Made by a program: the position numbers and the translations under genes. The notes under the pieces are model-generated. The model made no database searches. It saw only the letters and a program-made list of their open reading frames with translations, and was not told where the DNA came from. A stretch of 60,530 nt of DNA, the filler included. It is 3 parts of 3 records of this genome, joined end to end, with 100 filler letters (N's around TTAATTAATTAA, not from the genome) between each part and the next. Parts side by side here need not be neighbours in the genome. Positions count along the whole stretch, not along the records: positions 12,337 to 43,805 come from DRR723986_1759; 2 more parts are not named here. One strand, written 5' to 3'. Of the stretch, positions 17,509 to 26,918 are shown piece after piece. Position 1 is the first letter of the stretch, and every line of letters begins with the position of its first letter.

Positions 17509-19758
17509 ATGGCGCCTCGGGCGAAACGCCAGCCGCGTGTTGAACCGACATTCGGAAATTCAGGCAGCAGCCTGCTCGACCTGCGCTTGAGCCCGCAGGA
17601 CCGTCCAGCTGCGCCTTCTTCCAAGTCGTCCGGCAAGGGCAAGACCCGCAAGGCTCCGGTCAAGAAAAAAACCGGATCCTCTCCGCGCAAGACGGCCAAG
17701 AACGGCAACGGCAATGGCCGAGGCAACGGAAGGGGCGGCGGCCGGTCCGGCGCCAAGCGGCGCAAGGCCAAACGCAAGAACAGGTTCCAGGCCCCGACCG
17801 CCTTCGGCCGCCTTCTCAAGCGCGGCTTCTACTGGAGCATGGTGCTCGGCATCTGGGGCACCATCGCCGTTGTCTGCTTGGTCGGCTATTACGCCGCCTT
17901 TCTGCCGCCGACCTCCGAATGGCAGGTTCCGGCGCGACCGCCCAACGTCAAGATTGTCGCCGCCAATGGCGAATTGCTGGCAAACCGCGGAGACACCGGC
18001 GGCGAGGCCGTGCGCCTGGAGCAATTGCCGCCCTATCTGCCCAATGCCGTCATCGCCATCGAGGACCGGCGCTTCCGCTCCCATTTCGGTGTCGACCCGG
18101 TCGGTCTTGCCCGCGCCGTCTACACCAACTTCACCTCCGGCCGCCTGCAGCAGGGCGGCTCGACGCTGACCCAGCAGCTTGCCAAGAACCTGTTCCTGGA
18201 GCAGGACCGGACGATCAAGCGCAAGATTCAGGAACTGGTGCTCGCCTTCTGGCTGGAGGCCGAATATTCCAAGGACGAGATCCTGGAAATGTACCTGAAC
18301 CGGGTCTATCTCGGCTCCGGCGCCTATGGCGTGGATGCTGCTGCCCGCAGGTACTTTGGCAAATCGGCACGGCTTCTGACCATTCCGGAAGCTGCCACGA
18401 TCGCAGGCCTGCTCAAGGCACCCTCGCGCTATTCGCCCGCCCGCAATCCGGACCTCGCAGAAGACCGCGCCCAGCTTGTGCTCGCTGCCATGAACGAGGA
18501 AGGCTACATCACAGGCGATGAAGCCAAGAACGCCCTGGCCGCGCCCGCCAAGGTGGTGCGCCGCTACACCACCGCCAGCGAGAACTATGCCGCCGACTGG
18601 GTGATGGACGTGCTGCCGCATTTCATCGGCTCGATTGAAACCGACATCGTGGTCGACACCACCATCGACCCGAAGATGCAGCGGGCTGCCGAACAGGCGC
18701 TGCGCAGCGCCCTGAAGGAAAACCGCGAGAAATACGGCGTTTCCCAGGGGGCTGTCGTGACGCTGGACACCGCGGGCGCCGTGAAGGCACTGGTTGGCGG
18801 GGCCGATTATTCCAAGAGCCAGTTCAACCGCGCAGCCTATGCCAAGCGGCAGCCGGGCTCGTCCTTCAAGCCGTTCGTCTATCTGGCCGCGCTTGAAAAC
18901 GGCCTTTCACCCCAGACGATCCGCCAGGACCAGCCGGTCCGGTTCGGCAACTGGTCTCCCCAGAACTATTCCAAGGACTACTACGGCCCTGTGACGCTGA
19001 CACGGGCGCTCAGCCTGTCGTTGAACACGGTGGCCGCGCAGCTGACCTACGAGGTTGGCGCGGGAACCGTTGCCGACACGGCCAAACGACTGGGTGTCAC
19101 CTCGGAAATGAAGAACAACCTGTCGATCGCGCTCGGCACCTCCGAAGTCACACCGCTGGAAATCGCCGGTGCCTATGTGCCGTTCTCCAACGGTGGCTAT
19201 GGCGTGCTTCCGCATGTGATCCGGCGGATCAAGACCGTGGACGGCAAGACGCTCTATTCCCGCTCCGGCGATGGACGCGGCCGCGTGATCGACCGCCGTC
19301 TGGTCGGCGAAATGAACATGATGATGTCGGAAACCCTGGTAACCGGCACGGGCCGCAAGGCACGGCTGGAAAGCGGGCGTCCCGCCGGGGGCAAGACCGG
19401 CACCAGCCAGGATTTCCGCGACGCCTGGTTCATCGGCTATACGGGCAATCTGACCACCGCCGTCTGGTTCGGCAATGACGACAACTCACCGACGCGCAAG
19501 GCGTCCGGCGGGGGGCTGCCCGCCACTGTCTGGAAAGAGGTGATGGATGCCTCCCACGAGGGCCTGCCCGTGGCAGACCTGCCCGGCGTGCCGGATGTAC
19601 CGGCGACCGTCTCCGCCCCGCGCAAGCCCGGCCCGGTGGAAACCGTCGGCTCCGGCAGCGAACCGATACCGCCAGCCCCCATTGGTGGCGGCGGCGAAGG
19701 CAACGGCGAACGCCGCGGCCCGCTGAACCTGCTGCGCAATCTGTTTGGTGGCGGCTGA
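17509..19758 (+). CDS. Class A penicillin-binding protein (PBP1A family)
   Basis: Transglycosylase motifs EDRRF and GGSTLTQQLAKN; transpeptidase motifs SSFK, SLN and KTG. Confidence 0.95.
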   Translation: MAPRAKRQPRVEPTFGNSGSSLLDLRLSPQDRPAAPSSKSSGKGKTRKAPVKKKTGSSPRKTAKNGNGNGRGNGRGGGRSGAKRRKAKRKNRFQAPTAFGRLLKRGFYWSMVLGIWGTIAVVCLVGYYAAFLPPTSEWQVPARPPNVKIVAANGELLANRGDTGGEAVRLEQLPPYLPNAVIAIEDRRFRSHFGVDPVGLARAVYTNFTSGRLQQGGSTLTQQLAKNLFLEQDRTIKRKIQELVLAFWLEAEYSKDEILEMYLNRVYLGSGAYGVDAAARRYFGKSARLLTIPEAATIAGLLKAPSRYSPARNPDLAEDRAQLVLAAMNEEGYITGDEAKNALAAPAKVVRRYTTASENYAADWVMDVLPHFIGSIETDIVVDTTIDPKMQRAAEQALRSALKENREKYGVSQGAVVTLDTAGAVKALVGGADYSKSQFNRAAYAKRQPGSSFKPFVYLAALENGLSPQTIRQDQPVRFGNWSPQNYSKDYYGPVTLTRALSLSLNTVAAQLTYEVGAGTVADTAKRLGVTSEMKNNLSIALGTSEVTPLEIAGAYVPFSNGGYGVLPHVIRRIKTVDGKTLYSRSGDGRGRVIDRRLVGEMNMMMSETLVTGTGRKARLESGRPAGGKTGTSQDFRDAWFIGYTGNLTTAVWFGNDDNSPTRKASGGGLPATVWKEVMDASHEGLPVADLPGVPDVPATVSAPRKPGPVETVGSGSEPIPPAPIGGGGEGNGERRGPLNLLRNLFGGG

Positions 19759-19841
19759 TCCGGGCACTGCTGTTCACGGCTCACAAGGCCGCGTTTGAGG
19801 CTTCAGCCGGTGGAACTGCGCGTTCCGACCGTGTGTGTGCA

Positions 19842-19967
19842 GCCCATCCTTCGAGACAGGCTTTCAGCCTTCCTCAGGATGAGATTCACTATGTTGATCT
19901 TCCCTGGCCTTCAACACACATCTTCCTCATCCTGAGGAAGGCCAGAGGCCTGTCTCGAAGGATGGGC
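19842..19967. repeat. REP-like inverted doublet (CTCATCCTGAGG family)
   Basis: 42-bp arms: gcccatccttcgagacagg..ccttcctcaggatgag and its near-perfect inverse at 19926-19967. Confidence 0.85.
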
Positions 19968-20019
19968 CACTTGCTCCATTTCTCAGAAATACCTGCGACA
20001 CATATCCGTTAATTCCACC

Positions 20020-20457
20020 TCAGCACTGATGGCTGTAGGTGAACACCAGCGTGTCGGTGGTGTAGCGGCCGGTGGGGCGGCACTGGTTGAAGACTTCACG
20101 GGTGCCGGTGACCGTAACCTGAAGCTGGTCGCCGCGCACCGGGCCTTCGACGAAATATTCCAGCGGTGAACCCGGACAGTATTTGGAAAACACCCGGGCG
20201 GTGCCGGAATACCAGTTGCCGTTCTTGGCGCCGTTGAAGAGCAGCGTGCCGCGCTGGACGCCGGCGTTGCGCAGGACGGGTTTTGGCACTTCGTAGGACA
20301 GCCAGCGCTGATTGCCCTGCGCCTGAAGCCGCATGAGCGAGCCATTGTGGTTCCAGCAGCTGTCGGCCATGGCCTGACCGGAGAATGTCAGTCCCGGCAA
20401 GATCAGGCCCAGCAAGGCCAGCGCGACGCCTTTGATCGGATGTCTCAAGCTTTTCAT
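20020..20457 (-). CDS. Secreted hypothetical protein
   Basis: Signal peptide ending AMA, then WNHNGSLMRL...GTLLFNG with four Cys. GGGAGA RBS. Confidence 0.75.
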   Translation of the reverse strand: MKSLRHPIKGVALALLGLILPGLTFSGQAMADSCWNHNGSLMRLQAQGNQRWLSYEVPKPVLRNAGVQRGTLLFNGAKNGNWYSGTARVFSKYCPGSPLEYFVEGPVRGDQLQVTVTGTREVFNQCRPTGRYTTDTLVFTYSHQC

Positions 20458-20533
20458 GTTGCATCTCCCAGCTTCCCCTGGGGAATCGAAGCAGATTCTC
20501 CCGTGTTTGCAACTGGTTTTGCCCGACCGCCGC

Positions 20534-21367
20534 TTACCCTTTTGCCTCCAGAAGCCCCTGCAGGCTTTCGCGCACATAAGGCAGGTATGTTTCCCCTACC
20601 GGCGTTCCGGCGACGATGCGAAGTTCCAGGTGCGGCAGGGCAGGCAGCGAGGTGACTGTGGGCAGGTCGGCGGCATGGAACCCGGCGAGGGCCGGAGCCA
20701 CGGCGATGCCGGCACGGACAGCCGCCTCGATGACGACAAGGCCGGACACGGTGGCCTTGGTCGTCCATTTCACGGCGCTCGTGTCCAGCGCGGCGATGGC
20801 GGCATCGCGCATGGCGCATCTGTCGGCATAGACCGCAAGCGGCAGGGCATTTTGCGATGTTGAAAGCGACGCGCTGCCGAGCCAGACGAGCGGTACGCTG
20901 GCAACAAGGTCACCGGTCCGGGACCGCTGGGGCGACACCACGATGACAAGATCGTACCGAGAGCCGAGACTTGCCCGAAGCATCTGCGAGGAGTGGGTTT
21001 CCAGATCGAGAGAGCAGGGCTCCGGGCCGTCTTCCAGCGCTCTCAAGACAGGCACGAGGCCATAGGCGGCGATGTCGTCCGTTGCGCCAATGCGCAGGTA
21101 CGGCAGCACCGAGGCCCCGCGCGCGGCGGATACCGCCTCGCGGTGCCGGCTGAGCAGGCTGCAGGCATGGCTGTAGAAGGTCTGTCCTGCCGGTGTCATC
21201 TCGACCGAACGGGTGGAGCGGTTGAACAACTGAACACCGAGTTCGGCTTCCAGGCCCTTTATCTGCTGGCTGACGGCAGACTGGGTGCGCCCGACATCCT
21301 CGCCGGCGGCACGGAAACTCTGCCGGTCACAGACGGCGACGAAGGTACGCAGGACATGCTCATCCAT
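20534..21367 (-). CDS. LysR family transcriptional regulator
   Basis: LRTFVAV...SFRAAG...RTQSAVSQQIKGLE...LFNRSTRSVEMTPAG HTH. Start set at MDEHVL. Confidence 0.92.
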   Translation of the reverse strand: MDEHVLRTFVAVCDRQSFRAAGEDVGRTQSAVSQQIKGLEAELGVQLFNRSTRSVEMTPAGQTFYSHACSLLSRHREAVSAARGASVLPYLRIGATDDIAAYGLVPVLRALEDGPEPCSLDLETHSSQMLRASLGSRYDLVIVVSPQRSRTGDLVASVPLVWLGSASLSTSQNALPLAVYADRCAMRDAAIAALDTSAVKWTTKATVSGLVVIEAAVRAGIAVAPALAGFHAADLPTVTSLPALPHLELRIVAGTPVGETYLPYVRESLQGLLEAKG

Positions 21368-21454
21368 TGAGTAATTTTTCTTTTCAATAAGACCAGAACA
21401 ATTAATTTCACAGTAGGACCAATGGTTGGCAATGTCCATTTGAGGAGACAAGCC

Positions 21455-21718
21455 ATGACACACATCCAGACAAATGACGAAAAACGGGTCTGCTTCGATT
21501 TCGAGATCGATTTCTCGAACGGTGGCGGCATTCAGGGGCAGGGCTTCCGGCTCGACATTCCCGGAACGACAATCTCGGACGACGAACTTGCAGACTACAT
21601 TGTGCGCGACATGCGCCTGTTGATGGTCGGCGAGGTGCGTATCCTCAACAAGACGATCATTACCGAAGCGCACAAGCGCCAAGCGACGGCGAAAGGCCGG
21701 ACGGAGACCCGGCCTTGA
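21455..21718 (+). CDS. Small conserved hypothetical protein (87 aa)
   Basis: GAGGAG RBS; FDFEIDFSNGGGIQGQGFRLDI; stop overlaps the start of the downstream EamA gene. Confidence 0.75.
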   Translation: MTHIQTNDEKRVCFDFEIDFSNGGGIQGQGFRLDIPGTTISDDELADYIVRDMRLLMVGEVRILNKTIITEAHKRQATAKGRTETRP

Positions 21719-22599
21719 AGGGACGAGACATTTTGCTCGCGCTTGTTGTGGTGTCGGTCTGGGGGTTCAATTTCGTTGTGATCAAGATCGGTCTGCAGGA
21801 ACTGCCGCCAATCCTGTTTGCCGCATTGCGCTTTGCCCTGGCAGCTTTTCCGGCCGTCCTTTTCCTGAAGCGGCCGCGCACGTCGTTGAAGTTGGTCGTC
21901 CTGTTCGGCCTGTTCATGTTCGCGCTGCAGTTCGGACTTCTGTTTGCCGGCATGCACCTTGGAATACCGGCAGGACTGGCCTCGCTTGTGCTGCAGGTTC
22001 ATGTGTTCATCACGATAGCACTGGCCGTTGCCTTTCTGGGTGAAACGGCCAGTCCGGCGCAGATTGCCGGAGCCACGCTGGCGACCGCAGGCCTTGGCCT
22101 GGTGGCATTCAACCTGACGGGCAGCACAACACTGACCGGGCTTGGTCTGGTCGTTCTGGCCGCCTGTTCCTGGGCCATCGCCAATCTCGTTACCAAGCGC
22201 ATCGCCACCGTTGATCTGCTGTCGCTGGTTGCCTGGGGCAGCCTTGTGGCTCCGCTGCCGCTGTTGCTGCTATCGGCCTTCGTCGAAGGTCTTGACGTCT
22301 ACCGGCAGGTCTATGAAACCGTTTCGTGGCGGGGGCTGTTTGCTCTGTTCTACATCGTCTACCCGACCACCTTGCTGGGCTTTTCGGTGTGGAGCGGCCT
22401 TCTGGCAAGATATCCGGCGGCGACCGTGGCGCCCTTCACCCTGCTGGTACCAATCGTAGGCATGCTCTCAGCCGCCCTTGTTCTGGGCGAACCCCTGGAG
22501 CCGTGGAAACTGGGCGCGGCAGCGCTGGTGGTATCGGGTCTTTGCGTCAACCTGTTCGGTTGGCCGTCTGCAGCGCGCCTGCGCCGGTCGGGCGGCTAG
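21715..22599 (+). CDS. EamA/DMT family exporter
   Basis: About 10 TM segments; WGFNFVVIKIGL and APFTLLVPIVG, typical of EamA. Confidence 0.9.
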   Translation: MKGRDILLALVVVSVWGFNFVVIKIGLQELPPILFAALRFALAAFPAVLFLKRPRTSLKLVVLFGLFMFALQFGLLFAGMHLGIPAGLASLVLQVHVFITIALAVAFLGETASPAQIAGATLATAGLGLVAFNLTGSTTLTGLGLVVLAACSWAIANLVTKRIATVDLLSLVAWGSLVAPLPLLLLSAFVEGLDVYRQVYETVSWRGLFALFYIVYPTTLLGFSVWSGLLARYPAATVAPFTLLVPIVGMLSAALVLGEPLEPWKLGAAALVVSGLCVNLFGWPSAARLRRSGG

Positions 22600-22609
22600 G
22601 AAGGCAATT

Positions 22610-23347
22610 TCAGCCGTACCCGTGCAGGCGAACCCCGTTCTGCTTCAGCCAGACGCGAGCCTTCGGTGTTTGCGGGGCAAGCTGTTCGCACAGGCGCCAG
22701 AAGCGCGCCGAGTGGTTCATTTCCTTCAGATGCGCCACCTCGTGGGCCGCGACATAATCGAGGATATCCGTTGGCGCCAGAATGAGCCGCCAGGAAAAGG
22801 AAAGCCGTCCGTTGGAGGCGCAAGACCCCCAGCGGCTGGTGGTGTCGCGAATGCTGATGGCCGCGACCTTCTTGCCGATGGTTGCGGCATGGAGTGTGGT
22901 GCGGGCCGAGAGGTCCGCCCGGGCCTGTTCCTTCAGCCAGGTGGTGACCTTGCGCGGGATGTGGTCTTCAGCCCCCGGCACGAACAGCGCCGGCAAACCG
23001 GCGTCGTTCCAGCCAAGGGTAATCAACCCGCGCAGCTTGCCGGTTGGCACGATGACGTGATCCTCGCCGCGCAGGGGCACGATTTCCCCTGGCAGAAACG
23101 TGACGTGGTCCCCCCTGTCCTGCAGACGCTCTATCAGCCAGTCGATGTGCTGGCGCGCGAACCGCTCGGCACGGGCAAGATCGCCGCCCTTGGGGACGGT
23201 CAGCACCGGACCGGACCTGTCGGCCGGCAGACGCAGAAGATACCGCTGCGCGCGCGGATTGGCCTTGAGGCGGATGCGCACGGCACTGGCACCGGTCTGG
23301 ATCTCGATATGGTCGGGCAGCGTTTTCTTGCCGGCGCGGAGAAACAT
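22610..23347 (-). CDS. M48/DUF45 (YgjP-like) zinc metalloprotein
   Basis: SRWGSC, LSFSWRL and YVAAHEVAHLKEMNHS (HExxH). Confidence 0.88.
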   Translation of the reverse strand: MFLRAGKKTLPDHIEIQTGASAVRIRLKANPRAQRYLLRLPADRSGPVLTVPKGGDLARAERFARQHIDWLIERLQDRGDHVTFLPGEIVPLRGEDHVIVPTGKLRGLITLGWNDAGLPALFVPGAEDHIPRKVTTWLKEQARADLSARTTLHAATIGKKVAAISIRDTTSRWGSCASNGRLSFSWRLILAPTDILDYVAAHEVAHLKEMNHSARFWRLCEQLAPQTPKARVWLKQNGVRLHGYG

Positions 23348-23488
23348 CAAGGGCGAAGGTCCATCGAATCAGTTGTCTTGATTTTAGCGAATTTGCCAGC
23401 GATTTCGCGGCAATTCTAAAGGGGGGAAATTGATGGCGATTTCGGCTTTCTGAAGGCCGGCTGCAATTCTGGCTGTTCTGAAACGGAC

Positions 23489-23518
23489 AAGAGCGGCGCC
23501 TTTTCAGGCGCCGCTCTT
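23489..23518 (-). terminator. Hairpin terminator after DUF2852 gene
   Basis: aagagcggcgcc-ttttca-ggcgccgctctt, a perfect 12-bp stem. Confidence 0.7.
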
Positions 23519-23557
23519 GGTCTGGCCGTCGGGGAACGGGTCCGGGAGGAGGAGACT

Positions 23558-24001
23558 TTACAGCGGTGTGGCTTCGTCGCCAGTGCTGCGGCCCCGATTG
23601 GCCATGAAGCGGTCGAATTCTTCCTGATCGCGCGCACGGCGCAATTCACGGAGGAAATCATCGAACTCGGCGCGCATGGTGTCGAGCTTGGCACGCTCTT
23701 CTTCCAGTCGCTTCAGTTCGCGCTCGCGATAGTCGTCAAATGCGACGTTGCCCGTGCGGGCATAGGCAGTCGTATTCATCTGCTCGAAGGCTCCCTTCAG
23801 CGGGCTGCCCCGCCACTGATCTTTCGCATCGCGGAGCATGCCTTCAAAGCGGTCGCCCCACAAAATGTAGGCAAGCATGGCAAGGCCAAGCGGCCAGAAT
23901 GCCACGAAACCCAGCACCATCAGGCCGATAGTTACCGGCGTCCAGGCAGGTTTGATCATGCAACTTTTGGCTGTTGTCATCGTCCTATCCATTTCAGACA
24001 T
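23558..24001 (-). CDS. DUF2852 domain membrane protein
   Basis: FWPLGLAMLAYILWG, TGNVAFDDYR and ARDQEEFDRFM. Confidence 0.85.
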   Translation of the reverse strand: MSEMDRTMTTAKSCMIKPAWTPVTIGLMVLGFVAFWPLGLAMLAYILWGDRFEGMLRDAKDQWRGSPLKGAFEQMNTTAYARTGNVAFDDYRERELKRLEEERAKLDTMRAEFDDFLRELRRARDQEEFDRFMANRGRSTGDEATPL

Positions 24002-24076
24002 CCACGACTTTCCAAGTGGGGACGATTGCAGGCTCCTTCAAGGATTCGTGACAGGGATCACAGAATTCCCGCAACG

Positions 24077-24107
24077 AAAAACCCGGTCTGCAAAGTTGCG
24101 GACCGGG
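24077..24107 (-). terminator. Rho-independent terminator after the glycosyltransferase
   Basis: cccggtctgca/tgcggaccggg stem with a U-tract on the minus strand. Confidence 0.65.
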
Positions 24108-24144
24108 CCTACTTCATTGATTTATATGTAAAATGCGAAACGGA

Positions 24145-24837
24145 TCAGTCGAATGGGCCGTCGATCACATGTTGCGCCGAATAGTTCGCCAGGAGCTTCT
24201 CGCGGTGCCATTCAGCCGCCATCGGCGCGTTGGCGTATTCGTGGAAGCAGGGCGTGCCGAGCGTGAAGTGAAGAAGTTTCGCGTCGGGGTTGGGGCCGAA
24301 TTCATCCGGCAGCCAGTTCCATTCCTTCGGCAGCTCGCCGATGAGCTCGTCGTCCAGCCAGGTGAACCGGTGCAGCTGCGCGCCGGTGGCATTCATCACG
24401 AAGTCGGGCGTTACCACCTTGTTGGCCGGGTGACCGCAGTTCCACAACACCACGCTGGACCAGTTCTTGCGTGGGTAGTTCTCGTTCTTCGAGCCGAGAT
24501 ACTTGGTGGTCTGCCGGGTCTGATAGTCGTGGTGGACACACATGACAGCCTTGCTCTCGTCGCGCATGGCGAACAGCTTGGCAATGTCGTCCCGCACAAT
24601 CATGTCGCCGTCCATGAACAGCGCCCAGCCGTTGTAGTTCATCAGGCTCGGGATCAGGAAGCGGGTGTAGATGAAGTGATTGGACCCGTCGGTATGGGTC
24701 TCGTTGTAGGTCTTCAAATTGTGCAGCGACAGCGGCGTAATCGCCAGCACGTCGCTCGAAAGCCGGGTCAGGCTGTTGGCGCAAACATGATAGGCAATCG
24801 CTTCACGCGGATCGAAACCAATAAAAATATTGAGCAC
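24145..24837 (-). CDS. GT-A fold glycosyltransferase
   Basis: IFIGFDPRE, FMDGDM (DxD), YPRKNWSS, EWNWL and LLHFTLGTP. GTG start after GGAGG. Confidence 0.82.
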   Translation of the reverse strand: MLNIFIGFDPREAIAYHVCANSLTRLSSDVLAITPLSLHNLKTYNETHTDGSNHFIYTRFLIPSLMNYNGWALFMDGDMIVRDDIAKLFAMRDESKAVMCVHHDYQTRQTTKYLGSKNENYPRKNWSSVVLWNCGHPANKVVTPDFVMNATGAQLHRFTWLDDELIGELPKEWNWLPDEFGPNPDAKLLHFTLGTPCFHEYANAPMAAEWHREKLLANYSAQHVIDGPFD

Positions 24838-25000
24838 TACTGAAACCTCCGGCCTCGCTGTCTGACCGGCACTTGTATTGGGCCGAAAGGCCAGAATCAA
24901 TAGCAGCAGGTAGCCTGCCGCCAGAAACCGGACTTTTTGGGACAAGTTAAAGGCACGCGGCCAAAGGCACCCATGGTGGGTGCCTTCACCGATGCTTGTT

Positions 25001-26638
25001 TCAGCTCACCGTTTCGGAAAGCTGGCGAGCCTGCTCGATCCAGTTGTCCCGGGCGATACGGCCACGGAAATCCAGCTTGGTGTCCAGGGCCTCGATCTGC
25101 TCTTCCGTCAGGCCGGCGATTTGCCAGAAGTGGAAGATACCGGCTTCGTTGAGAGCCGATTCCAGTTTCGGGCCGACACCGCTGATCGATTTCAGATCAT
25201 CCGCGGCACCGTCCGGCTTGGTCAGCAGGATGCTCTCCAGCGAATTGCCGCTGCTCTTTGCAGCCGGTTTTGCCTTGGCAGGCGCAGCTTTCACGGCCGG
25301 TTCGGCCGCTGCTTTCGCAGCCGGTGCGGCGGCAGGCGCAGGAGCCGGTGCAGCGGCCTTGGCGACCGGAGCCTTGGCGACCGGAGCCTTGGCGGCAGGC
25401 TTGCGCAGGTCCGTACGGTTGGAGCGGATGAAATCCATGACCCGCGGCGCGATCTCGGACCGCCAGCGTGATCCGTTGAAAACGCCGTAGTGGCCGACAT
25501 TCGGCTGCTCGTAATGCGCTTTCATGTCGTCGTCCAGACTGGTGCAGAGCTTATGCGCCGCCTTGGTCTGGCCCCGGCCGGTGATGTCGTCCTTCTCGCC
25601 TTCAACGGTCAGAAGGGCGGTACGGGTAATCTTGCCGCAATCGACCAGACGGCCATTGTGCATCATGGTGCCGTTCGGCAGCGCGTGCTCGATAAACACC
25701 GTTTCGACGGTCTGCAGATAGAATTCGGCCGTCAGGTCCATGACGGCGAGATATTCGTCATAGAAGTCGCGGTGTTTTTCGGCGTTGTCGCCGTCGCCTT
25801 CCACCAGATGCTGGAAGAAGTCCCTATGCGCGGTCACGTGACGGTCGAGGTTCATGCTCATAAACCCGGAAAGCTGCAGGAAGCCCGGATAAACGTCCCG
25901 CATGAAACCCGGATGCGGGAAGGGAACCTTCATGACGACGTTGTTCTTGAACCAGTCTATGCCCTTGGAAACCGCCAGGTCGTTGACCGCCGTCGGCGCC
26001 ACGCGGGTGTCGATCGGTCCGCCCATCAGCGTCATCGTGGAGGGTACATAGGGGTCTTCGCGGTCTTCCATGACAGCGACGGCTGCCAGCACCGGCACGG
26101 ACGGCTGACACACGCCCAGAATGTGTGTGTCCGGCCCGAGGAAGTGCAGCATCGAGATGATATAATCGATATAATCATCAAGATCGAACTTGCCTTCCTG
26201 CACCGGAACCATGCGGGCATCGATCCAGTCGGTGATGTAGACATCCGCATTCGGCATCAGCGCTTCCACCGTGCCGCGCAGCAGCGTGGCGTAGTGGCCG
26301 GACATCGGCGCGACGATCAGGATCTTCGGATCGTTGCGGTGCGTCGTGACCCCGCGTTCGAAGTGGATCAGGTCGCAGAACGGACGGCTCCAGACGCTGA
26401 CTTCACGTACAGGAACGCGCACACCGCTTACGGTGGTTTCCTTGAGACCGAACTCCGGCTTGCCGTAGCGGCGCGTCGTGCGTTCAAGCACCTCGCAGCC
26501 GGCAGCGATCGAACGACCATAGCTGGTATGAGTCAGCGGATTCAGCGGGTTCTGGAAGTAGAGCCGGGTCATGTCGGCCAAAGCTCTGAAGGGCGCCATC
26601 GCGGCGTGGTTCAGTTCGTAAAGGTGGTAAAACGGCAA
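25001..26638 (-). CDS. phaZ: Intracellular PHB depolymerase PhaZ with Ala/Lys/Pro linker and C-terminal HhH domain
   Basis: VAPMSGHYATLL, GVCQPSVP (Cys nucleophile), EGEKDDI and GHYGVFNG. TTG start after AAAGGAGA (alternative ATG at 26698). Confidence 0.9.
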   Translation of the reverse strand: MPFYHLYELNHAAMAPFRALADMTRLYFQNPLNPLTHTSYGRSIAAGCEVLERTTRRYGKPEFGLKETTVSGVRVPVREVSVWSRPFCDLIHFERGVTTHRNDPKILIVAPMSGHYATLLRGTVEALMPNADVYITDWIDARMVPVQEGKFDLDDYIDYIISMLHFLGPDTHILGVCQPSVPVLAAVAVMEDREDPYVPSTMTLMGGPIDTRVAPTAVNDLAVSKGIDWFKNNVVMKVPFPHPGFMRDVYPGFLQLSGFMSMNLDRHVTAHRDFFQHLVEGDGDNAEKHRDFYDEYLAVMDLTAEFYLQTVETVFIEHALPNGTMMHNGRLVDCGKITRTALLTVEGEKDDITGRGQTKAAHKLCTSLDDDMKAHYEQPNVGHYGVFNGSRWRSEIAPRVMDFIRSNRTDLRKPAAKAPVAKAPVAKAAAPAPAPAAAPAAKAAAEPAVKAAPAKAKPAAKSSGNSLESILLTKPDGAADDLKSISGVGPKLESALNEAGIFHFWQIAGLTEEQIEALDTKLDFRGRIARDNWIEQARQLSETVS

Positions 26639-26730
26639 AGACGTCTCTCCTTTGCTGAACCAATTGGTGCCGGCCCCATTGGCATTGTTCGTAAACATTT
26701 TTTTCGGCCCGTCTCTTTTTACACCATCTA

Positions 26731-26856
26731 TTGCATTGCAACAGGATAGCTATGCCTGTTGCAGCCCGCAATACTTCTAATTGGTAGTGAATACGCGCCT
26801 AAGTGCTCAGGATCGCGGCGAAAGACATTTTCGCACCAAATCACTGTGCAATGCAA
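26731..26856. promoter_or_regulatory. Putative PhaR/AniA-type operator boxes upstream of phaZ
   Basis: TTGCattGCAA (26731-41), TTGCagcccGCAA (26759-71) and TGCaatGCA (26847-55). Confidence 0.5.
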
Positions 26857-26918
26857 AAGACCCAATAGAACATTTAAATCAATTTGGTAGCATTATATTA
26901 ACGGCGTTCCAGAACGGC

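Noticed and set aside
21368..21682. N-terminal extension of the LysR ORF
   Set aside because: It overlaps a real opposite-strand gene with a strong RBS; the LysR HTH starts at 21367.
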